A stretch of 64,000 bases of DNA, from positions 10,976,001-11,040,000 of the forward strand of contig CM052832.1 in assembly GCA_028534125.1 (NCBI GenBank). The letters are read 5' to 3'. This DNA comes from Lama glama. Its lineage: Eukaryota. Position 1 is the first letter of the stretch. Each line of letters opens with the position of its first letter. The notes beneath the pieces were generated by a model. It was not told where the DNA came from, made no database searches, and saw only the letters and a program-made list of their open reading frames with translations. A program made the position numbers and the translations under genes. Positions 24,862 through 36,520 of the stretch are shown piece after piece.

Positions 24862-24882
24862 CCTACTTGTTTTTAATACATA

Positions 24883-26030
24883 CTTTAAAGCAGTTCTAGG
24901 TTCAGAGCAAAACTGAGGAGAAAGTGCTTCCCCCACCATTCTATCTTGAAATACTTCTGCCCTACTTTCACCCTTCTCCCTCTGGGACCTCAGTAATGTT
25001 CAACTGTGAGATACTGCTCTACAGCTCTTGGATGCTGAGTTTTTCCTTTTTGTATTTCAGTTTGGATCATTTGGATATTAAACTGTCTTCAAGTTCATGG
25101 ATTCTGCAGCTGGATCTAGTCCTCCTATAAGACATTTGAAGACAAATCTTTTTCAGATCATATCTTTTGCTAGCTTCTCCACTTCTAAACTTTAAGATTC
25201 CATTTCTCTGCTGAAATTCATCTATGCAAGCATGTTGTCTACCCTTTCCACTAAATCTTTTACCATAGAATCATAGATAAAGTGACTGTCTATTATTCCA
25301 GCATCTGAGGTATCCCTGAATTGGTACTGCTGACTATTTCATCCCTTTGCAATCGGTTGCCTTTTTCCCATTTTCACCACGTTTGAATGCCAGCTCTTGT
25401 GAACAGTAGGTAAACTTTTCACCTGGAAATGGGCTGTGAGGCCATTGGCGTATATGTGGAGGGTGGGGCAGTGAGTCAGTCTAGGCAGATGTTGAGTTGG
25501 GTTTGGGGTTTTCTTGGTACTGTTGTAATTTTCATCGCTTCCTGTTTCTCCAGTGAAGTCTGCTTCTGCCTTGTGTTTATGGTGCCAGACATTTTCCTCA
25601 GTGTTCCTGCCCATCCTCAGCTCTCAGCTGATCCTATGCCACAGACAGGGTCTCTCCCTGACCTGGCCCTGCCCCAGCAGTAGACTTTGTGCTAGGCTTA
25701 TGATGGGGGCAGAGGTATCCTCTGTTCTCCTTGTCCAGCCTTAGCCCCAGGCTGGCTCTGTGTCCCTGGGCATCTGGAATGGGGGTTTCTAAGCAACTCT
25801 GCCCCATCCCATGGCATTCACACACCCTCTGGTCTTAGCAGGAAAATACATTCTCCCCCTCCCGCAGTAGCAGCAGGAGCAGCAGCAGCCCTCTGTATTG
25901 GTGTAGGAATGGGGGCAGGCTACAGGTTGTCCATGCTTCCCTCTCCCCAAAGCGGTGGCTTTTACCTCTAGCCCTGCAATGGGGAAGAGGGAATACCTGT
26001 CTGCCTACAAAGGCAGATGGGTTTTGCTTC
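24883..26030 (-). mobile_element. Old L1MC/MD-type fragments (3' tip, ORF1 and 5' region)
   Basis: 'ttaaagcagttctaggttcagagcaaaactgag'; 'tccatttctctgctgaaattca'. Confidence 0.55.
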
Positions 26031-26139
26031 TCTTGCTCCAAAAGCTTTGGGTCTTCACTAGGCTCGGGATTCTGGAATTAAATTGTTCTCATTTGCCTCA
26101 TGGCAATGTGATCATACTGCAGGCATTAGTGGAGCGTTA

Positions 26140-26295
26140 TATCAATGATTCTCACATCTTGGTGGGATCAGAATCACCCGGGAATCTTGGTGAAAATATG
26201 AAGTCCAGACACTTTTCCACTTCAATGAGTCTGGGCCTTTGTGGTTTACTAGCATTTCAGGGAATTATGATAATGAGAATTTGGGAACCTCTGTA
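26140..26295. mobile_element. MER5-type hAT-Charlie MITE
   Basis: 'caatgattctcaca...atcagaatcacccgggaatcttg...tttgggaacctctg'. Confidence 0.7.
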
Positions 26296-26329
26296 TTATA
26301 GCATCATAATTACTAAGACTTATCTGTGG

Positions 26330-27000
26330 TGAACAGGGATGACAGAGGTCGAAGGGGTTGTGCAATCTATCTAGCACATTAGAGAGGGAGGCAATAGTGA
26401 TCACCAGGATTTGAGAAGTTGGTGGTTAATGGCCAGAGTAGCCCTGAAGGAAGAAAATGGAAGCTCAGTTCAGCTAACTGCAAACCATGGCTCTAGGAGA
26501 TGAGAGCTCCTTCAAATGACATCGAAGTGCACATGAAGTTGAGAATCGGGCACAGTATGTGATCAGGACAATAGCAGAGGTACAGGGATGTTAAATTCTC
26601 ACCCTGGCAAGCTCGTACACTAACACTGGGCCCTGATTAAAGAGGAGATACTGATACTGGGACATCTGGACAGGTGGATTTCGGATCCTTGAACCACCCA
26701 GTTCCCCAGAATCCTCTGGGCCTTTCCCTTTGCCTCCAGATAATGCAGAAGCCTCACCTGACACTTACACCAGCTGCCCCAAAGGGAAGCCACCATCCCT
26801 TACCGAGTTCTCACACCTGAGCCAGTTCTTTCCTTTGAGAAAGAACCTGTAGTACCATGGCAAGTACACAACAGTAATGATTGTCCCAAAGTTCACCCCA
26901 AAAGGAACCTATGGTCACTCATCTGAGTATACACTGGGAAAAGGAAAATACTAAACTCTTTCAGAAGTGGTTAGATAAAGGGTTGGACATATTAGTGTTG
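26330..27000 (+). mobile_element. ERVL/MaLR internal gag-region remnant
   Basis: Degenerate match to the ALIGKEWD..W.GDIW gag region ('gggccctgattaaagagg...gggacatctgga') and pre-protease 'acactgggaaaaggaaaatactaaac'. Confidence 0.55.
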
Positions 27001-27700
27001 TGAAGGGTGGGAAAATGCTTATGAATTTCCAATTAGACATATTTTATGCCAACAGCCCACTACTTAATGCTACCAATAGAATGTCATCATCTTCTGCCTA
27101 CCAAGGAGTAGAGATAGGAGACAGGGGCTTCAAAAGTATTGGTGAAACTCCAGTTCTTGGTGAATGGTTTGTACACACTTAATCTTTGTGTCATAAATAT
27201 TTCATAAAACGATGATTAGAGCAGGTCAAAAATTGGGTAAGCAAGATTGGATGGGATATCAATTGGGTTTTTAGTCAGGAGGATTCTAATACTCCAGTGG
27301 TTGGGGGAATATAGAGAATTGGCAAGAGGTCACAACGTTTGGAATTGTGACTTGTTGAAGTTTTAAGAAAACAGAGCTCAAAACTTCAAGGTCCTCAGAA
27401 GTGATCAGTTCAGAGGATAGTATCCTTTACTAAAATAAAGAGCGAGGTAATAGTTCCATTCTCTTGGATCATTCAGGTAGAAATGGACATTGGCAATTAG
27501 GCTGAACGGAAGCCTAGTGGAGGAGGGGGACCTGCAGATACGGAAGTACAAGGCAGTTGGTGATTGAGCCTATCCCATGTCTTTGTTTCAGATTCAGTTT
27601 TGAGGGGAGCTCAAGTGCAGACGGATGCACAGGTAGTTTATTGGGAACATAGCACAACTGAAAGGTAGTGACACTGAACAAGGGCTGATGGCCCAACGCA

Positions 27701-28103
27701 TGTAGAAACCAATACTATAGTATCGACTTCTGAGAAAAGAAAAAGGTTATTGCAAGGTTGACTGGCAAGGAGATGGGCAGGGCTCAAATCTGTCTCCTTG
27801 ATCCATAATTTGGGCCAATTTTAAGGGGTTAGGGGAATTTCATACTTGGCTTGAGCTACTTGGGCTGCTGAAAGCTGGATTTTTCTTGCTGCAGGACATC
27901 TTGCTTTGTAAAGGGCTCTGGTGGCAACATGACTATTGCTTGGGTTCCATAGAATTAAGATTCTTGGTTCCAGAATCATCCTGGGGAGATGGGTTCCTGT
28001 CTTTCATATGTGCAGTACTGTCTCTGTTGATTAACCAAACCTTGAGTTACTTACAATCTGTCTTAAGGAAGCAAAACCGGTTTAAGCTGGTCAGTGTTTT
28101 ACA
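27701..28103 (-). mobile_element. ERV1-type solo LTR
   Basis: TG...CA bounded; 'ttattgcaaggttgactggcaaggag...gctcaaatctgtctcc' ERV1 LTR pattern; no clear TSD. Confidence 0.65.
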
Positions 28104-28409
28104 TACTGTTTCAGTATGGGGAATTGAGAGACAATATAAGGATTTGAGCTGGTCACCACTACAGCTGTTTGCTTGCTCCATCTGTGGGATCTTCAGGAAG
28201 GGTCTCAGAAGAAATAGGGAAGCCTTACTCAGGAGGCTTCATTGCCCCTTTCAATCAAGTTCCACCAGGTGTAACTCCATGGCTTTCTGTGTTACACATG
28301 TAAGTGCTGAGCAGATTCCCACAGGCGTCTGTGTAGCAGTGTCACAAGCTCCAGGACAGGATGGCGGGTGGGCGAGATGATGTTGGGTTGCTCTTGGGTG
28401 GAACTGGGT

Positions 28410-30560
28410 CCCAGTAGCAATGGCTTAAAGGTGAGGCAAGGTCAAAGAGTTTGTAATGCAGAAACATCTCCAAGTCCACCCCCAGGGGCATATTTAGAAG
28501 TATATACAGTTGAGCACCTGGGGAACACCAACTCTTAAAGGGACAGGTGGAACAAGGTGCCTGGAGGAAGACTTCAAGGGTTAATAATAAAGGGAAAAAG
28601 AGTTGCCACAAAATCCGAGAGGTGTTTTCAAGGAGGAGAACTTAGAAAAATGATACCAAATACAGCAAATCAAACAAAGTACATTGCAACCAATAAACTT
28701 GGCGGGAATTCATTAACTACAGTCTACTTCCTGGAATGAAAAGTCACAACATACTAACCAGTAAATGGACTGTGACCTGGGTAGTTAAGTGAGACTAGTA
28801 TATATACTTATTGTCATTTAAATGCTATATTAATGCAGTGTGTATTTTTAAACATTCTCAAATGAATATCAGGAAGTAGTTGTCTTTAATACAAAACCCT
28901 TCTTCACTAGAAATGAAAACATTAATTTGTCAGTGATACGAATAAAAGTGCTCTATTTTCAAAAGTTTTTAACACTCTGTGATACAGCATTTTGAAGACC
29001 TAAGCTTAGTTTGTTTTGATTCTTCCTTTTAAGGGTTGTCACAGCGGAGGAAGATATCTTAAAGATGGGTAGCTCCAAATGAAGGAACTACACTGTTGGC
29101 TCTGGTTTAAATTGTGAAACACTATTTAGTTCCATCTACCAATTATGTGAAACTTTGTTTTTGAGATTCTTCTGTGTAACTCCCATCTTCTCTGATGTCA
29201 GTCAGTTGTTGCAAACTAATTGGAAGGTGTTGTATTTCTACACTTCTAACCAATTAGCCCAAACCTGCTGAAATTGTTTGAAAACAGAACCTTTTAATCT
29301 GTTTAAAACTCTTCCAAATTTTAGTATGCAGACACAAGAGATTTTAGACACTTTTTTCGAGAACAAATATCTCAACACTGTAAACATGTCAAAACGTACT
29401 TTTACAATACTCTGTCCGTCTTTTTTCAAAAGCAGTTTGTCCTTTTATCATTACTACAAGTTCACTTTTACCTATAAGAGCATCCTTTTGTCAAGGTCAG
29501 ATGTGGGACACAGGAAGTTTTGAGGAGACAAATGCATAACTCTAAATTTTCTTTTGCAATAGAGAGTGATGGATTTTTCATATCACAGACATTTCTTACT
29601 GCAAAGTATCATAGTCAACCATGGTTTAAAAGTCTTGTTTTCCTGAAATTAGTCCCATCAGTGACACCTTAGCACTACATACTGTTTTCACCTTCCTCCT
29701 GGCAACTCTCTGTGAATGATGCAATGGATGAATTGCACATGGCGTGTGATATCTATAAATTTATATCAACTGTGGTTACGCCTATATTTTCCATGAAGGA
29801 GTCATTTCATGTTGAAGGTGGCTCACAAAAGTAATCTTAGGTGTGTATCATTTTTGAAATAGAATCTGACATACCACAACCTGACACATATTCAAAACAT
29901 TTATACTTTCATCCAACTGTATAGCAACCTCCCACACTATATAATTTGTTCTAAACCTGTGTCTTCAAATCTTTAGTATTTTCCATGCATCTGCCAATAG
30001 TATTTGGTGATAAAGGAATACATTTGCTTTTTATTTCTGGTGTATTCTAGCAATTTCTATCATAGTTGGAACAGCCAAATGTTTCCCCAGAGGTACATGG
30101 ATTTTTAACCATTCACTCCTAAACATCTATTGCTAAATTTAGTGAAATCTTGCAGAGTATTGGGATAATTGTAACTTTACAGAACACTGACAGAACTGTA
30201 GTTTTCTCGATAAGTTCTGTATGCTTCCTGTGAATTTATCAGGTTAGCGAGAGTTCAAAATAACATGTCAAGTCGCTGTATACACTTAGGAAAGGGGATT
30301 TTTCTGTTAATGATAAACGTCACATCACCCTAATTGTCTTGAAATTTCCTATTTAAAATCTCTTGGTAGGCTTACTGGACTGCTTATTGCATCTCATAAC
30401 ATGCTACTGAAGAAACACAGTAGGAGTGGAAATTACCAGCTTCTCCACTCTTACTCTCAGATGCTAGTATTGGTTTCTTCAATCTGTAGTTTCACTGTAG
30501 CGGTCTAAGTCACTCTCCGCCTGTGTTGTTGAGGATTAGTTTAGTTAGAACTAAATACTG
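28410..30560 (-). mobile_element. hAT Charlie/Buster-family DNA transposon with decayed transposase (Charlie7-like)
   Basis: Minus-strand motifs in the expected order: BED-finger PKCI (about 30280), AIQLDES (29905-29925), FIHCIIHRE (29706-29732), LTDIREDG (about 29190), PSFGATHL dimerisation domain (about 29070); multiple stops and frameshifts. Confidence 0.85.
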
Positions 30561-32778
30561 TCCATCAGTCCTCTCAGGGAAGCACATTGCTGAGTAAAGG
30601 CAGAGCCCCAGTCAGCATCTCCAGGTTGGACAGCTCCCCCTCTCTCCATGTCTCATGTGTCCCAGCTGCCCCCTGACCATCTAATGCACAGATGAGCAGG
30701 GGTCAACCTGTGTGCCCAGTGTCCTTACCCAAACTCACCAACATTAGTGTGAGTCTCTGTACCCCAGGAGTCTTTACTGGGACAGACTGAAGGTACAGCC
30801 ACCTCAATTTGGAGTCTGCTGGAATAATGAATAAACACGTCAAAAAGCTGATCTGTGGGGAGGTTAGTTGTACCTAGGAAACACATTTGACAGACTTTTA
30901 AAATTAGCTTAGTGCTCCTGTCTCTCTGATCTATGGGGAAGGAGCCACTGGAAGAAAAATTGAAGGTGCTGGAGGAGGGATAATCAATAGAGTACATCAG
31001 AGAGGGAGAACCTGGGATTTAGAAAACGTGAAAGAATTAAGCTATCTCAGCAGAGGCCACCTCCTGATAAATTGATAGGGTCGTGGGAAATCCTAAGTAA
31101 CTTTGGGGATGAAGGTAGGGAGCTGAAGGACTACAGAAGCTGCTGGTGTCAGGGATGTGTGCTGAAAGGAAGGAACAATATAAGTTTTGTGAAAGAAACA
31201 AGTTTTCAATAGCAGCAGTATGTAAAGAGTTTCTTACTTACAGAATAGTAGTCACCTTGTCATTTTAAGAGCTAACTGGCCTATGAAAACTAAAGCCATG
31301 GTTGGAGTAGCCCAGGGGTCCTGTAGCTAAAAGATATGGCAGAGTAAGGCTCTGGACTCCAGAGTGCCCTAAGTGCCCAAATACAGGACAACAAATACAG
31401 ACGTCTAGAGTTGAAGAAAAACTATCCAACATCTACTGATTGGTTACATTATACTTACATTTAACATCATCAGACATTCTTGAAATACTGCTTTTTCTAG
31501 TCACATATGGCACTTAATTCACTCGTTGTATGTAGCTTGAACATTAGCATCATCACTGGCGACATGCCGAGTCATCTAAGTTTCCCAGAGCTTGTGTGCT
31601 TGGACATATAACAGACAAGAATCTGACACAGCTCCGGGAAACTTGATCCCAAGCCCCGAGAACCATTCACATGGTGAAATACCGGTCTTTTCACGTATTC
31701 TTCAGATGATGAGGGATTTGTTTCCTCCAGTGTAACTTACTCTTCTTTTTACAGTGATCTGAAAGACTACAGTGACATCTAAAATTTGATTGTAGGGACA
31801 CAGGGCATACCCCAAGGAGAGAGTAATGAGATAGTGTTGCTGTGTGTGCACGTGTGTGTATACACTGCACACTGCCTTTGCCAGTCCTATCAGAGACCTC
31901 TAGCAGTCCTGAACCAGCATTGACTGGGGACTTTTCTGATTAATGTGTCTTCTCCACAAGGCACTTTGTATTTAACTAAGACTGCTCCAAAATGTGAGTT
32001 ATTATACATTCAGTTACTATAAAGCTCAAAGTCATTTTCAAGTCTCATAATTTGACTCCATCTTTTCAAGGAATGAATTTTTTTAGGCAAAATTCTGATA
32101 TCCAGGTATATGTTCTTCCTCACCCCCAGTCCTGGCAGCTACTACATGTCGCATGGCTAACTTTTAGCAAATAGTCATTAGTGTAAGATGGTCCAATGAT
32201 GAATGTGAGTGTTCCGTGTCCTCCCCCTCCCTCCTCTCTGCCATCCCTCAAGCCCCTGGGATCCTCATTCAGATGCGAGTAATCAGGAAGATGTGAGAAT
32301 CAGGGAAGCTGTGTTTGTCATAGAGTAACTTTGCTGCCAGGAGACAAATGGTTTCAGAAGTTAAAAAGGGACAAACTACTGGGATGAGTGAGAGTGAGTC
32401 TGCTTAGAGGCTAAACAGTTGAGGGAGGTGCTGTTTCCTGTGGGGGCTGGTGAAGGGGACCAGTGGGGGAGAATGTTGAAGGTGTCTCACTGAACAAAAG
32501 ACTTCAGGTCACTCTGAGATTTTACTCAGTTTTAAGGCAAAGTACACGTCCTGACTGTTTAGACCTGGTTGCTTTTGAAGAGACTCCAGGTTCCTCTAGG
32601 ACCTGGGTCACCTCTGGGGCTGTGCTGTCACCACCTGACAGCGCTGTGTGCTTGACGTGAATTCCTGTAATCCTCTACAACTCTGAGGCAGGTTTGCAGA
32701 TGAGAAATCTGAGGTTCTGCAGGTAACTTGCTCCTAATCCTACCTGCAAATAGCAGCTCATAAGAGGCACACCCGGGG

Positions 32779-33058
32779 TTGTAAAGAAGAGACTCCTCAA
32801 CCCTTTATCTGAAGATTAGTCTCTGCCAGTTTAACAGGAGAAAAGCACACAAACTTAAATTTTTTCCATATGCATAGAGGTCATCATAAATGAAGACCAA
32901 AGAGGTGGATAGGAGTGGGACCTTGTATATCATCTTAAAGAATGATAAATTGTGGAGACAGGACAAAGTGATAAGGGGCTTGGGTTGAGGGCCATAAATT
33001 ATGGGACAGTGATTAGGAAACACATGGGGGACAATAACGGAAAACAGAGGCTATTTTA
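32779..33058 (-). mobile_element. ERV1 LTR fragment
   Basis: TG start 'tgtaaagaagagactcc...ttaacaggagaaaagcacacaaa'; truncated where the next LTR begins. Confidence 0.55.
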
Positions 33059-33059
33059 A

Positions 33060-33467
33060 GAATAGCGACTTGATTTGGAAAGCCAGCAGACCGAGAAGAT
33101 GGTGGACTAGTCTCAAAGAACCATTTAAGTTAGGATGCAGGCTTCTTTTATTATAAAAGGGGAGGAGGTAAAGTCAGATATTTCCTGGTTCTTGTCAGGC
33201 TCTGGAGGGGATGTGTTAATTTTTTCCTTCCTGCAGTCATTCACAGGTGGGCCCAGTCATGATGTTTCCAGTGAGCTCAACAAAGGTATTTTAGCTTAAC
33301 ACTCAAGTATAGGAGGCAGTGTTCGCAGAGATGGGCCATTATGTATACTTTAAGGTATAGGCAACATCCCTTTAGTGATTAAGTTGTAGCAGAAGCAATA
33401 GAATTCAAAATTTAAAGAAAAAGAAATAGATCCAATATGGAGTCAGATTTGTTCTTCCCTATTTCAG
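33060..33467 (-). mobile_element. MER41-like ERV1 3' LTR
   Basis: Minus-strand start tgaaatagggaag directly after a PPT-like gacaatgggaac; 'gccagcagaccgagaagatggtggactag' motif. Confidence 0.65.
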
Positions 33468-35150
33468 TTCCCCATTGTCAATGATTCATTCCACAATCCT
33501 GTGAGGAAAGGGGTGAAGGCCTCTTTGTCTACTTCATGCTGAACAGAGGTGATGAAGAGGTGATTATGGAATGGAATTGATCAGCCTTGGACAGAGAATA
33601 TTTCTTAGAATCTTTAGTCAATAGTACAATCTTCTTTCCTTTATCTACAACTGTTTTGAACCTGATGAAACCCCTTAGCACTTTGTCTAAGTTGTAATTG
33701 AACTTGGGGTTTTGGTTCCAGTTCCAAATACATATCTATTAATTTTAACTTTCTGACTGTGCTATAATTACACTTGGTTCTGGTGCTATTTGGACAAAAT
33801 TAAACAAATAGGTTGACCCTTCTCTAGCTACGTTGAAGTTTTAATCTCAATGCTTTCTTAAAAGAATAACTCTAAGTCTTAGGGTTCACAAACCCATTGC
33901 TCCCCAGCCATCTCAGGAATTGGGTTTTTTTTCTGATGCCAGTGGTACTTTCATTTGAGTATGCTGAATCCACGGTTCTACCCAGCTGACTTGGCAGACG
34001 AACGCATAATAAACAATACTACGTGTGGTCCTGTCCACCGTGCAGTCAGCTGATGTACAGGCCCTGTCTACCATAAAATATTTCAAAGGCTGAATTTAAG
34101 CCTGCTCCTAGGAGCTACTCTGATCCGTAGCAGGGCAACCGGCAAGGCCTTATCCCAAGTTAAATTAGCCTGATGTATTTTAGCAATGCTCCTTTTTAAT
34201 ACATGATTCATTTTCTCGGATTTTCCCTGTTGATTGTGGTCTAATTTCCAATTAATTTGCAATGCTTTAGAAACTTGTTGGGTTATGCTAGAGACAAAAG
34301 CAGGCTCATTATCACTTTGAAGTGTGTTAGGCTTTCCAAATCGGGGGAGTAATTTCCTTAAGGAGAGTTTTAACCATTTCAGAGGCTTTTTCTGTCCAGG
34401 TGGGCTGTTTCCACCCATTCTGAATGTGTCCACAAATACTAGCAGGTATCTGAAATTCCCTACAGCTCGAGGCATTTGCGTAAAGTCTATTTGCCATTCC
34501 TCAGTGGGGCGGGTTGCTCTGTGTTGAGTCCGCATCTGAAGAGGTCTAACAGCAGTCTTTGGGTTGTTTTTGCCACACATGATGCAATTCTGAGCGACTG
34601 GCTGGATGGTCTTTTGGAGGTTAGGCCCCTTTATGTATTTTGAATCCATTGTAAGGTGGCATCTCTCCCATAATGGGTGTTTTTTGTAGCAAATAGTCCA
34701 CGTATTGGAGTAAAAGTCCTTCATCCAACATTAAGTTGCTAAGGTCCCTAGGCAGCATTTCCCCAAACAAGGTAGGGGAATTCTTAAATCCTTAAGGCAG
34801 GACGTCCAACGATATGTGTGGACTACCTGAGTCTCTGGGTCTTGCCGTTCAAAAGCAAACAGCTGCTGTGATTCTCCTCCAAAAGGAACGCAGAGAACAA
34901 CATCCTGCAGAGAACAACATCTTTCAAGCCCAAAGCTAAGAACCAGCAATATCCTCACATAATAGTTGTGAGCAGCATGGATGGGTTAGGCACCACAGAG
35001 GCAAATCTTGGACTACTTCAGTAATAGCCCTCAAGTCTAGGACAAAGCGATACTCTGCTGAGTTTGGCTGTTTGACTGGGAGAATGGCAGTGTTGTACAG
35101 GGACCTCCAGGGTTTAATCTGTCCTGTTTTCACAAACTTTTCAAGATCCT
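33468..35150 (-). mobile_element. ERV1 (gammaretrovirus-like) internal region: partial RT plus integrase, no env recognised
   Basis: RT YNTAILPVKQP..EYRFVLDLRA (34936-35133), QLFAFERQDP, GFKNSPTLF, LLQYVD; integrase CxxC, WQIDFTQMP, SDNEPAF, EKMN; IN C-terminal RWTGPHVVL and PWIQHTQMK below 34083. Confidence 0.92.
34083..34724 (-). pseudogene. Degenerate retroviral integrase ORF (213 aa)
   Basis: D-D-E region recognisable, but the segment between VDTF and LPRFG reads out of frame (compensated frameshifts), the pre-E motif is scrambled, and the C-terminal domain is frameshifted. Confidence 0.85.
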
Positions 35151-35161
35151 ACTTTCAACTT

Positions 35162-36520
35162 CTTTTTTTGTTGTTGTTTTCTTTTAAGGTTTATACTTTA
35201 TTTTTAAAATTTTAACCTTTTTTTGTAGTATAGTCAGTGCATGATGTTGTGTCAGTTTCTGATGTACAGAATGTTTCAGTCATACATATACTCCTTCTCA
35301 TATTCTTTTTCATTATATGTTACTACAAGATATCAAATATAGTTCCCTGTGCTATACAGTAGAAACTTGTTTATCTATTTTATATATAGTGGTTAGTGTT
35401 TGCAAATCTCGAACTCCCAATTTATCCCTTCCCACCCCATTTCTCCCCTGGTAATCATTAGTTTGTTCTCTATGTCTGAGTCTGTTTCTGTTTTGCAAAT
35501 AAGTTCATTTGTGTCTTTTTGAGATTCTGCATATAAGTGACATCATATGGTATTTGTCTTTCTTTCTGGCTTTCTTCACTTATAATGACAATCTCCAGAT
35601 CCATCCATGTTGCTGCAAATGGCATTTTATTCTTTTTTATGGCTGAGTAGTATTCCACTGTATATATACACCATAACTTCTTTATCCAGTCAGTGGACAT
35701 TAGGTTGTTTCCATGTCATGACTATTGTAAATAGTGCTGCTGTGAACACTGGAGTGTATGTGTCTTTTTGAATTAGTTTTCTCCAGTTGTATGCCCAGGA
35801 ATGGGAATCCTGGATCATAAAGTCTGTTTTTAGTTTTTTAAGGAAACTCTCTTTGTCCTGCATGATAACTGCACCAATTTACATTTCCACCAGCAGTGTA
35901 GGAGGGTTCCCTTTTCTCCACAGACTCTCCAGCATTTATTATCTGTAGACTTTTTAGTGATGGCCATTCTGACTGGTGTGAGGTGATACCTCTTTGTAGT
36001 TTTGATTTGGATTTCTCTAATAATTAGCAGTGTTGAGCATCTTTTCATGTGCCTGTTGGCCATCTAGATGTCTTTTTTGGATAAATGTCCATTTAGATCT
36101 TCTGCCCATTTTTGACTGGGTTGCTTGTTTTTGTTTTTTGATATTAAGCTACATGAGCTATTTATATATTTTGGAAATTAGTCCCTTGCCAGTCACACCA
36201 TTTGCAAATATTTTCCCATTCTGTAGTTGTCTTTTCATTTTGTTGATGGTATACTTAGCTGTGCAAAAGCTTTTAAGTTTAATTAGGTCCCATTTGTTTA
36301 TTTTTGCTTTTTCTCCATTACTCTAGAAGCTGGTTTGAAAAAAATATATATTGCTATGATTTATGTCAGAGTGTTCTGACTATGTTTTCCTCAAGGAGTT
36401 TTATAGTATCTGGTCTTACATTTAGGTCTTCAATCCATTTTGAGTTTATTTTTGTATATGGTGTTAGAGAATGTTCCAATTTCATTCTTTTATATATAGC
36501 TGTCCAGTTTTCCCAGCACC
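35162..36520 (-). mobile_element. Camelid-type L1, 3' 1.35 kb
   Basis: PolyT tail at left; ORF2 C-terminal peptides [32 protein letters not shown] and WIKKLWCIYTVEYYSAIKKNKMPFAATWMDLE. Confidence 0.92.

Noticed and set aside
27886..28380. 164-aa ORF (likewise 14804-15265, 61128-61646, 57864-58331, 46030-46479)
   Set aside because: Overlap LTR, L2 or MER repeats, mostly non-ATG starts, no recognisable domain
31690..31758. Alternative readings DHCKKKSKLHWRKQIPHHLKNT* or ITVKRRVSYTGGNKSLII* as the last exon of a known gene
   Set aside because: I could not match either to a known protein, and the acceptor has a short pyrimidine tract
34083..34724. Domesticated integrase gene
   Set aside because: Out-of-frame internal segment, scrambled motifs, frameshifted C-terminus and proviral context indicate neutral decay
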